Origin: Longimicrobiales bacterium
GTDB taxonomy: Bacteria; Gemmatimonadota; Gemmatimonadetes; Longimicrobiales; Gaopeijiaceae
Direction of reading: 5' to 3'
NCBI GenBank assembly: GCA_965219445.1
Contig: CBDCNQ010000005.1
Coordinates: 800,001-864,000, forward strand
DNA: 64,000 nt
Part shown: positions 55,359 to 64,000 of the stretch, one piece after another
How the letters are laid out: the number at the start of each line of letters is the position of its first letter
Position numbering within the stretch: the first letter of the stretch is position 1
Notes under the pieces: model-generated
What the model was told of the DNA's origin: nothing
Database searches by the model: none
What the model saw: the letters and a program-made list of their open reading frames with translations, nothing else
Program-made: the position numbers and the translations under genes

Positions 55359-56416
55359 GCGGGCTCTACCCGTTCGATCCGCACTACATCGAGGTCGGTG
55401 GTCGCTCGGCTGGCCGGGGCGCATCCGGGAGCGCCGGTGCGCCCGAGGGTGGCGGTGCGCCCGAGGGTGGCGGCACGTCCGAGGGCGGTGGCCACCGAAT
55501 GCATTACGTGGACGAGGGCCGGGGAGACCCTGTTCTCATGGTGCACGGTAACCCGAGTTGGTCCTTCTTCTACCGGGATCTGATCAGGGACTTGAAGACG
55601 AGTCACCGCGTGATCGCTCCGGATCACATCGGATGTGGGCGCTCCGACAAGCCCGACGACGATCACTACGATTACACGTTGTCGACACGGGTAGCGGACC
55701 TCGGCATGCTCGTCGACTCGCTCGACCTTCGTGATATCACTCTGGTCGTGCACGACTGGGGCGGTGTGATCGGGATGGCCTGGGCAGTCCAACACCCGGA
55801 TCGGATCGCGAGGCTGGTCGTCATGAACACGGCCGCATTTCCTCTACCGGCCACCGAGAACCTGCCGGCCTTGCTCGCGCTGGCACGTACTCGGGGGATC
55901 GGGGCCCTGCTCGTCCGGGGTGCCAACGCCTTTTGTCGGGGTGCCGTAAGGTACTGTGTGACGCGCCGGCCGATGTCCAAGGCGGTCGCCGCAGGTTACC
56001 TCGAGCCGTACGACACCTGGGCGCACCGCATCGCCGTGCATCGCTTCGTGCAGGACATTCCGCTCAAGGAAAACGATCGGGCCTACCCAATCGTGAGGGA
56101 AACGGCCGACGCGCTCACCCGACTGGCCGACAAACCGATGTTGATTTGTTGGGGCCTCAAGGATTTCGTCTTCGGCCACCAATTCCTGGACGAGTGGGTC
56201 CACCGATTCCCGAATGCCGATGTCCAACGCTTCGAAGACTGCGGTCACTACATCCTGGAGGACGCCGGGGATGAAATCACTCCGCTCGTCCGCAAATTCG
56301 TCGACGGTCAGTCAGGAAGTCATCAAGACCCCCGGCCAGAAGATCATCCAGATAGCCGCCTCAGAACTCACCTAGACGATCATTCCGAGACCCGACCGAC
56401 GGACAGGTCGGCATGA
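55355..56416 (+). CDS. oleB: OleB alpha/beta hydrolase (beta-lactone decarboxylase)
   Basis: HGNPSWSF, PDHIGCGRSDKP, HDWGG (Asp nucleophile), RFVQDIP, GHYILED; between oleA and oleC. Confidence 0.9.
   Translation: MSGLYPFDPHYIEVGGRSAGRGASGSAGAPEGGGAPEGGGTSEGGGHRMHYVDEGRGDPVLMVHGNPSWSFFYRDLIRDLKTSHRVIAPDHIGCGRSDKPDDDHYDYTLSTRVADLGMLVDSLDLRDITLVVHDWGGVIGMAWAVQHPDRIARLVVMNTAAFPLPATENLPALLALARTRGIGALLVRGANAFCRGAVRYCVTRRPMSKAVAAGYLEPYDTWAHRIAVHRFVQDIPLKENDRAYPIVRETADALTRLADKPMLICWGLKDFVFGHQFLDEWVHRFPNADVQRFEDCGHYILEDAGDEITPLVRKFVDGQSGSHQDPRPEDHPDSRLRTHLDDHSETRPTDRSA
55436..55489 (+). repeat. Three 18-bp coding repeats (GAPEGG) inserted near the OleB N-terminus
   Basis: ggtgcgcccgagggtggc twice, then ggcacgtccgagggcggt. 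Confidence 0.85.
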
Positions 56417-58143
56417 ACGGAGCTGGGGCCGGTCCGGCACCAGAACCCCAGCCTCCTGTCGGCTCCGACGCGGCCATAGAGCGGGGCGCCCTCGACCACA
56501 CCAATGTCGCCGCCTTCCTAGCCGATCTGGCCCGGAGCCAGCCGGATGCTCTTGCGGTGGCCGTCTCCGATGGGCGAAACCCGGACGGATCCGCCCGGTA
56601 TGCCGAGCTGACCGCCCTCGAACTGCATCGCCGCTCCGATCGTATCGCTCATGCGCTTGTGGGGGTTGGAATCGACGTCGGCGTTCGGACCGTGCTCATG
56701 GTGGAGCCGAGTCTGGACTTCTTCTCGTTGACTTTTGCGATGCTCAAGATCGGCGCGATCCCGGTCATGGTGGATCCAGGCATGGGGATCAGGAACCTCG
56801 GCGAATGCCTCGGTGAAGCCGAACCAGAGGCCTTCATCGGCGTCCCCAAGGCACATGCGGCGAGGGTCGTTCTGGGGTGGGCAAAATCGACCGTAAGAAC
56901 CAGAGTGACCGTAGGGCACAGGTTGTTCTGGGGGGGGCATACGCTGAGCAGGTTGGAGGCGAAGGCGACGCGCGAGCCCTTCCCGATCCTGGAGCCGGAC
57001 CCCGAACAGACCGCTGCAATCCTCTTCACGAGCGGGAGCACCGGGGTGCCCAAGGGGGTCGTCACGCCCTTCCGGGTCTTCGCGGCACAGCTGAAGACGC
57101 TCAAAGAGGCATACGGCATCCAACCAGGGGAACGCGACCTGGCGACCTTTCCGCTCTTCGCGCTGTTCGGTCCGGCCCTCGGCATGGCCTCGGTGGTCCC
57201 GAACATGGACGCGAGCCGCCCGGCAGAGGCCGATCCCGGGGGCCTCTTCGAGGCATTCCGAGACTACACGTGCACCAATCTGTTCGCCTCGCCGGCCCTC
57301 ATCGACAGACTCGGGCGGTACTGCACCGATCAGGGCCTCGAGTTGACCTCGCTTCGGAGAGCCATCTCGGCGGGCGCGCCGGCGTCGAGCTCCGCACTCG
57401 AGCGATTCCAAAAGTGTCTTCCGGACGGGGTCGAGGTCCTGACCTCGTACGGAGCGACCGAGTCCCTCCCGGTGTCTTTTCTCGGAAGCCGGACCATCCT
57501 GCGGGAGACACGACAGCTCACGGACCAGGGCGGTGGGGTGTGCGTGGGCCGCCCCATTCCTGGCATGGACGTGCGGATCGTGCCGATCCATGATCGACCG
57601 ATCGAGATATGGACCGAGGATCTCGAGCTCCCCCACGGAGAGATCGGTGAAATCGTCGTGCGTGGAGCGGTCGTGACACCGTCCTACTACAAGCGGGCAC
57701 AAGAGACGAAGCTCGCCAAGATCCCCACCGAAAATGGGGACGTCTGGCACCGGATGGGCGATGTCGGCTACTTCGACGACCAGGGCAGACTCTGGATGTG
57801 TGGTCGCAAGGGCCACCGTGTGGAGGCCGAAACGGGTACGATGTACACGATCCCCTGTGAGGCCGTGTTCAACACACATCCAGCCGTTCGACGGAGTGCC
57901 TTGGTGGGCGTCAAACGTGAGGGCAAGACCACCATGCCCCTGCTCTGCGTAGAACGGGTGCAGGAAGCTAAAATCAAAAACGGCCGACTCACAGAAGAGT
58001 TGCTCGAGATGGCCCGGAGCCACGAACACACACGGGCGATCAGCATCGTGCTCTACCACCCCTCCTTTCCCGTAGACGTTCGCCACAACACGAAGATATT
58101 CCGGGAGAAGCTGGCGGTGTGGGCCCGCAAGGAGTTGGCATGA
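56413..58143 (+). CDS. oleC: OleC AMP-dependent beta-lactone synthetase
   Basis: VDPGMG, FTSGSTGVPKG, TFPLFALF, YGATESLP, HRMGDVG, CGRKGHRV, FPVDVRHNTKIFREKL. Confidence 0.92.
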   Translation: MNGAGAGPAPEPQPPVGSDAAIERGALDHTNVAAFLADLARSQPDALAVAVSDGRNPDGSARYAELTALELHRRSDRIAHALVGVGIDVGVRTVLMVEPSLDFFSLTFAMLKIGAIPVMVDPGMGIRNLGECLGEAEPEAFIGVPKAHAARVVLGWAKSTVRTRVTVGHRLFWGGHTLSRLEAKATREPFPILEPDPEQTAAILFTSGSTGVPKGVVTPFRVFAAQLKTLKEAYGIQPGERDLATFPLFALFGPALGMASVVPNMDASRPAEADPGGLFEAFRDYTCTNLFASPALIDRLGRYCTDQGLELTSLRRAISAGAPASSSALERFQKCLPDGVEVLTSYGATESLPVSFLGSRTILRETRQLTDQGGGVCVGRPIPGMDVRIVPIHDRPIEIWTEDLELPHGEIGEIVVRGAVVTPSYYKRAQETKLAKIPTENGDVWHRMGDVGYFDDQGRLWMCGRKGHRVEAETGTMYTIPCEAVFNTHPAVRRSALVGVKREGKTTMPLLCVERVQEAKIKNGRLTEELLEMARSHEHTRAISIVLYHPSFPVDVRHNTKIFREKLAVWARKELA

Positions 58144-59156
58144 GGGCGCTCGTGACCGGAGCGGGCGGGTTCCTGGGAGGAGCCATCGCCCGGACCCTGC
58201 GTGACCGGGGAGATGACGTCAGAGGCTTTTCCCGCGGAGACCACCCGGAGTTGGCCGGCTACGGGATCGGGCAGCATCAGGGGGATCTTGCAGACCGCGA
58301 AGCGGTCATCGCCGCTACCCATGGAGTCGACGCCGTCTTCCACGCCGCTGCGAAGGTAGGAGCGGGAGGCCGGCACGCCGACTTCTACGTTACCAACGTC
58401 ACGGGCACCGAAAACGTGATCGCGGCTTGCCGAGAGTGCGGTGTGCCGGCCCTCGTCTACACTTCAACACCGAGCGTGGTATCGGGACTCACGGATCTAG
58501 ATGGCGCCGACGAGTCGCTAGCCTACCCCACGCATTACGACGCGGACTACGGCCAGACCAAGGCGGAAGCCGAGCAGCTGGTTCTCTCCGTCGCCTCCGA
58601 CGAACTCAAAACCGTAGCGCTCCGCCCCCCACTCATCTGGGGTCCCGGTGACACCTCCTTGCTCCCCCGCGTGGTCGAGCGGGGGAGGAGCGGCGTGCTC
58701 CGACGGATCAAGGGACCGCCCAAGCGGCAGGATATCACCTATGTCGATGACGCGGTGCAGGCCCATTTGCTAGCTGCGGATAGGCTTCTGGGCGGCGGAG
58801 AGGAAGCACGGCAGATCAGCGGCCGAGCTTATTTTGTGAGTTCTGGTCAACCCGTGGAGATCTGGAATTTCGTGAACGGGCTACTCGAGGCTTCCGGTGT
58901 CCCGCCCGTTCGGAAGAGTGTATCACTACCAATGGCACTCGTGGTGGGCTGGGTCCTCGAGAAGGCCCACGCACTCTCGGGCGCGGAGGGTGATCCCCGC
59001 ATGAGCCGCTGGATGGTGCGCCAACTCACGAACGCACGCTGGTTCGACATCAGCGCGGCACGGCGGGATCTCGGGTACGAGCCGCGGGTGTCTCTGGAAG
59101 AAGGGATGAACCGCCTGAAGGCGTGGATCGATGAGCAGGACCGAGAGCCACTGTGA
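58140..59156 (+). CDS. oleD: OleD NAD(P)-dependent 2-alkyl-3-oxoalkanoate reductase
   Basis: TGAGGFLGG, HAAAK, YTSTPSVV, YGQTK, LRPPLIWGPGD, ARRDLGY; ATGA overlap. Confidence 0.9.
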   Translation: MRALVTGAGGFLGGAIARTLRDRGDDVRGFSRGDHPELAGYGIGQHQGDLADREAVIAATHGVDAVFHAAAKVGAGGRHADFYVTNVTGTENVIAACRECGVPALVYTSTPSVVSGLTDLDGADESLAYPTHYDADYGQTKAEAEQLVLSVASDELKTVALRPPLIWGPGDTSLLPRVVERGRSGVLRRIKGPPKRQDITYVDDAVQAHLLAADRLLGGGEEARQISGRAYFVSSGQPVEIWNFVNGLLEASGVPPVRKSVSLPMALVVGWVLEKAHALSGAEGDPRMSRWMVRQLTNARWFDISAARRDLGYEPRVSLEEGMNRLKAWIDEQDREPL

Positions 59157-59210
59157 GGTGTCACCGACGGTCCGGAATCCGACCTGAGGCTGGCCTGAAC
59201 AGAGGTCCAC

Positions 59211-59924
59211 ATGCCTGAGCCCTGGCGCCCGGCACAGGAATGGCGACCTGCCGACGAGAGTGTCATCGACATCTGGCTCTTCGAGCTCGAGGCCAAGGAC
59301 GAAGACTGGGCGATCCTCACTCCGGATGAAGCACAGGCCGTCCGGCGCATCGTCGTGGATGAGAAGCGGGACCGGAAGGCCTCCGCACGAGCGCACCTAC
59401 GCCGCATACTCGCTCGCTACGTGGGCATCCGCCCGCGGGATGTGAGATTTGCCTACGGGGAGCACGGAAAACCGACACTCGCTGAGCGCGACGAGCCCCG
59501 ATTCAACCTGTCCGACTCTGAGTTGAAGGGGCTCGCCGCCGTCTCCTGGGGAGCCCGAATCGGCGTTGATATCGAGTTCGCGCGGGAGGGGCGATCGTTC
59601 ACGGACATCGCAGATCGCTTTTTCGCCCAAGCCGAGAGCGCCGCACTGCGGGCGCTCCCGTCCGACGACCACCGGGTGGCGTTTTACAGAGCCTGGACCA
59701 GGAAGGAAGCCTACCTGAAGGCCTGGGGAACCGGCCTGAGTTTCGGAGCGGATCGCTTTACGCTCGACTACATTGGAGAGGGTCCGGGAAGCCTCCTGGC
59801 CACGGAGATGCCGGAGGACGACGCCTCCAGATGGCGGTTCAGGGACGTCGAGGTCGGCCCGGCTTACGTCGGAGCAATTTGCTTCGAGGGTGTCGACCGC
59901 CCGATGCGGTGGTGGGCCATCTAG
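59211..59924 (+). CDS. pfaE: Sfp-type 4'-phosphopantetheinyl transferase (PfaE role)
   Basis: YGEHGKP, FNLSDS, IGVDIE, WTRKEAYLKAWGTGL. Confidence 0.9.
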   Translation: MPEPWRPAQEWRPADESVIDIWLFELEAKDEDWAILTPDEAQAVRRIVVDEKRDRKASARAHLRRILARYVGIRPRDVRFAYGEHGKPTLAERDEPRFNLSDSELKGLAAVSWGARIGVDIEFAREGRSFTDIADRFFAQAESAALRALPSDDHRVAFYRAWTRKEAYLKAWGTGLSFGADRFTLDYIGEGPGSLLATEMPEDDASRWRFRDVEVGPAYVGAICFEGVDRPMRWWAI

Positions 59925-60078
59925 GGCACACCCGAGAACAACTACCATACCCCTCAGCGCATCGAGCCCCGCTTGAGAAGCGGGTTGGCTGTCGGACCTT
60001 GAAGCGCCTGACATCTCTGGCGTACTTATCGGGAGCCTTCTTTCTCTCTGCTGATCCAATAATTCGAGATATACGATC

Positions 60079-61092
60079 ATGATCATCATCACGAGGCACG
60101 ACGTCACCGACGAAGAGCTGGACCATATCCGGGAGCGGGTGGAGGCCTTCGGGCTTCAGACCCACGTGTCCCGGGGAAAGCACCGTACGGTGGTCGGATG
60201 TATCGGAGACGAGGAAGTGCTGGCCGGCGTCCCGCTCCTATCAATCCCGGGCGTCGAGGCCGTTCACACGGTCATGAAGCCCTACAAGTTGGCGAGCCTC
60301 CAGTTCGCCGCCGAACCGACCAGAGTCCCGATGGGCGGCACCGCCGTCGGCGACACGCCTGTGGCGGTCGTGGCGGGGCCGTGTTCGGTGGAGGGCCTCG
60401 ATATGCTCGGCGAGACGGCCCGACACGTAAAAAAGGCAGGGGCCGTCGGGCTGCGTGGTGGAGCGTTTAAGCCGCGCAGTTCACCCTACTCGTTCGACGG
60501 CCTGGGCGAGGAGGGGCTCAAGATGCTCGCGGACGTGCGTGCCGAGACCGGCCTTCCCGTTGTGACCGAGGTCATGGATGCACGGCAGGCGGACCTGGTC
60601 GCGGAATACGCCGACGTGCTCCAAATCGGAGCTCGCAACATGCAGAACTTTACCCTCCTTACCGAAGTGGGGAGACTGCATCGGCCCATCCTGCTCAAAC
60701 GTGGAATGGCGGCCACCGTGGAGGATCTGCTCTTGGCGGCAGAATACGTGATGAAACAGGGAAACAAGAACGTGATCCTTTGTGAACGAGGCATCAGGAC
60801 CTTTTCCGACGCGACGAGAAACACCTTCGACCTGGCAGCCATCCCGGTGCTCAAAAAGGAGACGCATCTGCCCGTGATCGCCGATCCGAGTCACGCTGCG
60901 GGCCGGCGCGATCTTGTAGCCGCGCTCTCATACGCGGCGGTCGCCGCCGGAGCAGACGGATTGTTGATCGAGGTGCATCCTCTACCCGAGGAGGCAGTCT
61001 CAGATGGCGATCAGTCGCTCATGTTCGACGAATTCGACGCGCTCATGGAGGGTCTGGAGCCCGTCGCCGCAGCCGTGGGTAGGAGTCTGTAG
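60079..61092 (+). CDS. aroF: DAHP synthase class I-beta with N-terminal regulatory domain
   Basis: [47 protein letters not shown]. Confidence 0.93.
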   Translation: MIIITRHDVTDEELDHIRERVEAFGLQTHVSRGKHRTVVGCIGDEEVLAGVPLLSIPGVEAVHTVMKPYKLASLQFAAEPTRVPMGGTAVGDTPVAVVAGPCSVEGLDMLGETARHVKKAGAVGLRGGAFKPRSSPYSFDGLGEEGLKMLADVRAETGLPVVTEVMDARQADLVAEYADVLQIGARNMQNFTLLTEVGRLHRPILLKRGMAATVEDLLLAAEYVMKQGNKNVILCERGIRTFSDATRNTFDLAAIPVLKKETHLPVIADPSHAAGRRDLVAALSYAAVAAGADGLLIEVHPLPEEAVSDGDQSLMFDEFDALMEGLEPVAAAVGRSL

Positions 61093-61106
61093 CCCGAGGC
61101 GTGCAC

Positions 61107-62354
61107 TCATTCCGGCTTGAATTCATCCGTCGCCTTGGGTGTTAGCGCATGCAAATACGCTGCCAACGTGGAGTATTCTCGGCTGTCGATATCCATGATG
61201 GAGAGCGCCATCTGATAGGCATCACCCTCTTTTCCGTACACACGAACGACTCGGGCGTAGGCCTTTACTTCCTGATCGCCGTCAGGAAGGCTCAGAACGA
61301 ATTCGACCATCGAGTTCAATGCGAGTGGCTCTTTCGCCCTGAGACGCAGGCCCTGCTCACTGATGTTCAGCGTGGAAAACGGGAGGGCGTCTTTCTTCAG
61401 GGCGCGGATCTCCCCCTCCAGCTCGACTTCAACCCTCCGGAGCGCGCGGCGATTGGCGCCGTAGGATTGGGCCAGGTTCTTCCCCTTCGCTTTGGCGGTA
61501 TACATGGCCCGGTCGGCACAGCGAATAAGAGCTTCGGGCGCCACGGCGTCCACCGGATAGGACGCCACCCCCAGACTGATGGTCACCCCGTCCCCTGGCC
61601 CGGATTGAGGCAACTCTAGATCGGCGATCGAGCGGCACACCCGATCCGCTACCTGTCCCGCATCCTCCTTCGACGTTTCAGGCATGATGAGCACGAATTC
61701 CTCGCCTCCATACCGCGCCGCGACGTCCTGGTCTCTCCCGACCGCCTGGAGAGCGTAACCGACGGCCTTTAGCGCTTCATTGCCGGCGTCGTGACCGAAT
61801 CGATCGTTGTAGGACTTGAAGTTGTCGAGGTCGCCCATCGCGATTGAAAACTCGCCGCCGCTCCTCTCGCAGCGCTTCACCTCCCACCGAAGGAACTCCT
61901 GGAAAAACCGGAAGTTGTGGAGACCCGTGAGTTCATCTTTGTACGCGGAGTCGCGAGTCTCTTCGAAGAGCTTGAGCTCGATGACCTTGGGATTTTTCAG
62001 CTTCTGGCTCACCTGCACGAAGTAGCTTACCAGCGCGACAGATAAATCCATCGCGTAGCCAACCGCATCCTCTAGTTCTTTCCCGTGGAGGATCAGCGCC
62101 TTCCAGTGCTTCCGGGCCTCATCCGGCTCGAAACGCATGTGGGTGAGCAGGTAGAGCAACTCGACGTACACGACCGCGCCCTCCTGCTCCTCCAGCTTCT
62201 GGAGGGCCGCGACGAGAGAGTCGATGCTGAGGTCGTCCCCTTAAAGAAGGCCATAGATGACCTCGACGATCTCCGGCTTCCAGGGCTCGGGGGCACTGTC
62301 CGGATACGGTGAGGCCCGGCCTGATCCCGCAAGAACGTCTTCTCTAGTCGACAT
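61107..62354 (-). pseudogene. Diguanylate cyclase (GGEEF) with C-terminal PilZ domain; in-frame TAA at codon 38, possible restart at GTG 62171
   Basis: GGGAG RBS and ATG 62354 are in frame with ORF 61107-62171; TAA at 62241-62243; DELTGL, RDQD I-site, RYGGEEF; PilZ RxxxR and NISEQG. Confidence 0.8.
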
Positions 62355-62386
62355 CTATCACTCCCACGCGATGATTATTCAAAGGA

Positions 62387-64000
62387 TCAGCGCGCCGGGA
62401 GCGCGACTCGGCCCAAGGACTTGTCCTCGAGGAGCTCCACTCTGAAGTCGGCGAGGTATGATGCATGGTTCGCCGCATCCACGTCGAGCGGACGGATTTC
62501 CAGGGTGTGAACCGGGCCGGCCGCCACCGGATAGGTCACGAGAGCGGTGTGACCGAGCTCTTCACCGTCGATGAAGACCGTTCCACCCGGACTGGAATCG
62601 ATGGAGATCGTCCCGAACGGTGTGACCTCCGCCGTCAGAGTGAGGCGCTGAGCGGGAGACAGCGTCTGGCTGGCATCGAAGATGCGGATGGTCCGAGGGG
62701 AGAACTCGGACGTACCGAAAATCTCTACCCGATGGGCAACCCCTTCCGAAACCACTCGACCCTCGACGGGCGCCGGACCCAACTCTTCACCGTCGATGAA
62801 CACGATAGTCCGGGACGCGACCGATGCCGGGACGACCTGTATCGTCAACCGTCCAGGTCCGCTCGGGGCGACCGGTCGGGCTTCGACTCCTACCCGAAAC
62901 CCGAACGCATCAGGTAGCATAGGAATCCCCTTCACGTCCGTGATGCCGTCTCCCAGCACGAGTCGATAGACCCCGGGAGTCATGGGCTCAACAGGCTCGA
63001 CTCGAAGCGTTCCGTCATCCTCGCCACAGCACGCCAGCTCCACTGCCACCCGGCTTCCGCTTGCCGTCACCAGCATTACACTTGACGAATCCAACGTCAG
63101 CGGATTCATCGGCTTGCTGAACGTGGCAAACACCGGCCCCTCGCCGTCGGCGCCCGTCGATCCATCCGCGGGCTCCGTGCTCGCGAGGACTGGCGGCTCC
63201 GGCGGCAGTGGCTGGGTCAAGAAGGACAGTAGATCTTCCGGTGACCCTGGGCCGCGAGGCGGGCGGACGTCCCCTCCCGAGGAAGACCGAAGCGCGCCCG
63301 TCAAGACGATCCGATAGCGCGTCGCGTAAGCCAACCGGGACAGAGGCGCGATGTCGACCGCTAGGGCGTCTTCGGATGCGCTGACCTCAGTCGGAACGGT
63401 CGCTCCGTCCGGGCCGAGGAGCCGGACGGTCGAGCTCGTGGCCGTGGCCGGATTGATGAGCCCCGTGAATCCCACAGTGATATCGCCATCGATGGCGGCG
63501 CCTCCCTCGATCGCCGTAAATCCCGGCGATTGAGCGAACACCCCCCGTGTGAACACAGCGGGAAGTCCAAGTTCTTGGAGAAGCTGATCCGCCTGCGCCT
63601 GGACACCACCGAGATCCAGTGCGACGGCGGCGGTCGCGGCGGCGAGAGCAAGAACCACCGCTGCCCAACGCCTCTTGGCGGGCCGTTCTGATGATTCGGA
63701 CTTGCTCGGCACACGCACCGGCGGCACGGGGGGCTCCTCACCCGCTAGGAGCACGACGTATAACTCCATCGGATCGGGTACGCCCTTTAGGTCCTTTGCG
63801 CCGATGGATGAGAACTCATAATGCCGTCGGTGGCGGAGCTGCTGGTAGGCAGAGTCCGAGACGACCACGCCCGCAAGAGGAGCATGGCCCTCGATGCGGG
63901 AGGCGACGTTCACTCCGCTCCCGTACACGTCGCCATCCTCGCCGAAGACGATGTCTCCCAGATGGACACCCACTCTCAAGGAAACACGCGACTCCCTGAC
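62387..64000 (-). CDS. Class III adenylate/guanylate cyclase with TM, two Ig-like and PEGA-like domains; 5'-truncated by window edge
   Basis: RVGVHLGDIV..GDVYGSGVNVASRIE, KDLKGV; TM helix; ATFSKPMNPLTL Ig-like segment; IDSSPGGTVFIDGEELG PEGA-like segment. Confidence 0.85.
   Translation of the reverse strand, partial: VRESRVSLRVGVHLGDIVFGEDGDVYGSGVNVASRIEGHAPLAGVVVSDSAYQQLRHRRHYEFSSIGAKDLKGVPDPMELYVVLLAGEEPPVPPVRVPSKSESSERPAKRRWAAVVLALAAATAAVALDLGGVQAQADQLLQELGLPAVFTRGVFAQSPGFTAIEGGAAIDGDITVGFTGLINPATATSSTVRLLGPDGATVPTEVSASEDALAVDIAPLSRLAYATRYRIVLTGALRSSSGGDVRPPRGPGSPEDLLSFLTQPLPPEPPVLASTEPADGSTGADGEGPVFATFSKPMNPLTLDSSSVMLVTASGSRVAVELACCGEDDGTLRVEPVEPMTPGVYRLVLGDGITDVKGIPMLPDAFGFRVGVEARPVAPSGPGRLTIQVVPASVASRTIVFIDGEELGPAPVEGRVVSEGVAHRVEIFGTSEFSPRTIRIFDASQTLSPAQRLTLTAEVTPFGTISIDSSPGGTVFIDGEELGHTALVTYPVAAGPVHTLEIRPLDVDAANHASYLADFRVELLEDKSLGRVALPAR

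Noticed and set aside
55355..56416. Haloalkane dehalogenase annotation
   Set aside because: The fold and HDWGG motif are shared, but the position between oleA and oleC supports OleB.
59968..59990. Hairpin CCCGCTT-gag-AAGCGGG after the PPTase as a terminator
   Set aside because: Only two T residues follow, so it is too weak to call.
1..64000. Transposases, integrases, prophage genes, rRNA or tRNA
   Set aside because: None was recognised by eye; a tRNAscan/Infernal run would be needed to exclude small RNAs.

Overview
GC-rich bacterial chromosomal window. The kinase/TolB-like propeller fusion, DUF6152/DUF6644 families and leaderless starts suggest Gemmatimonadota or a similar lineage; this is inference. 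In order it holds: a 5'-truncated fdnGHI-fdhE formate dehydrogenase operon; a phd-vapC toxin-antitoxin pair with a palindromic operator; periplasmic enzymes; a frameshifted TonB receptor divergent from a PepSY-TM gene; and a ~7.4 kb island of paralogous uncharacterised envelope genes (3 cytochrome c'-like, 2 DUF6644-like, 2 DUF6152-like, 3 'PDLxGxW' secreted proteins). Next come a duplicated His-rich leader peptide, with one copy forming the his attenuator and the other coupled to an unknown membrane gene, and a six-gene his operon with three fusions (HisC-HAD, HisH-HisF, HisA-HisIE). A bacteriocin/RiPP-like locus follows, with two C-x29-C-x6 double-glycine-type precursors, an ABC pair, a C39 peptidase exporter and a Yip1-like protein. 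The rest contains a nucleotidyltransferase TA-like pair, a Ser/Thr kinase with a relic of a deleted tandem copy, a ~20.6 kb pfaD-A-BC-oleABCD-PPTase operon, DAHP synthase, a GGDEF-PilZ gene with an internal stop and a truncated membrane cyclase. No rRNA, tRNA, CRISPR array or transposase was recognised. All family assignments come from motif recognition by eye, not from database searches.
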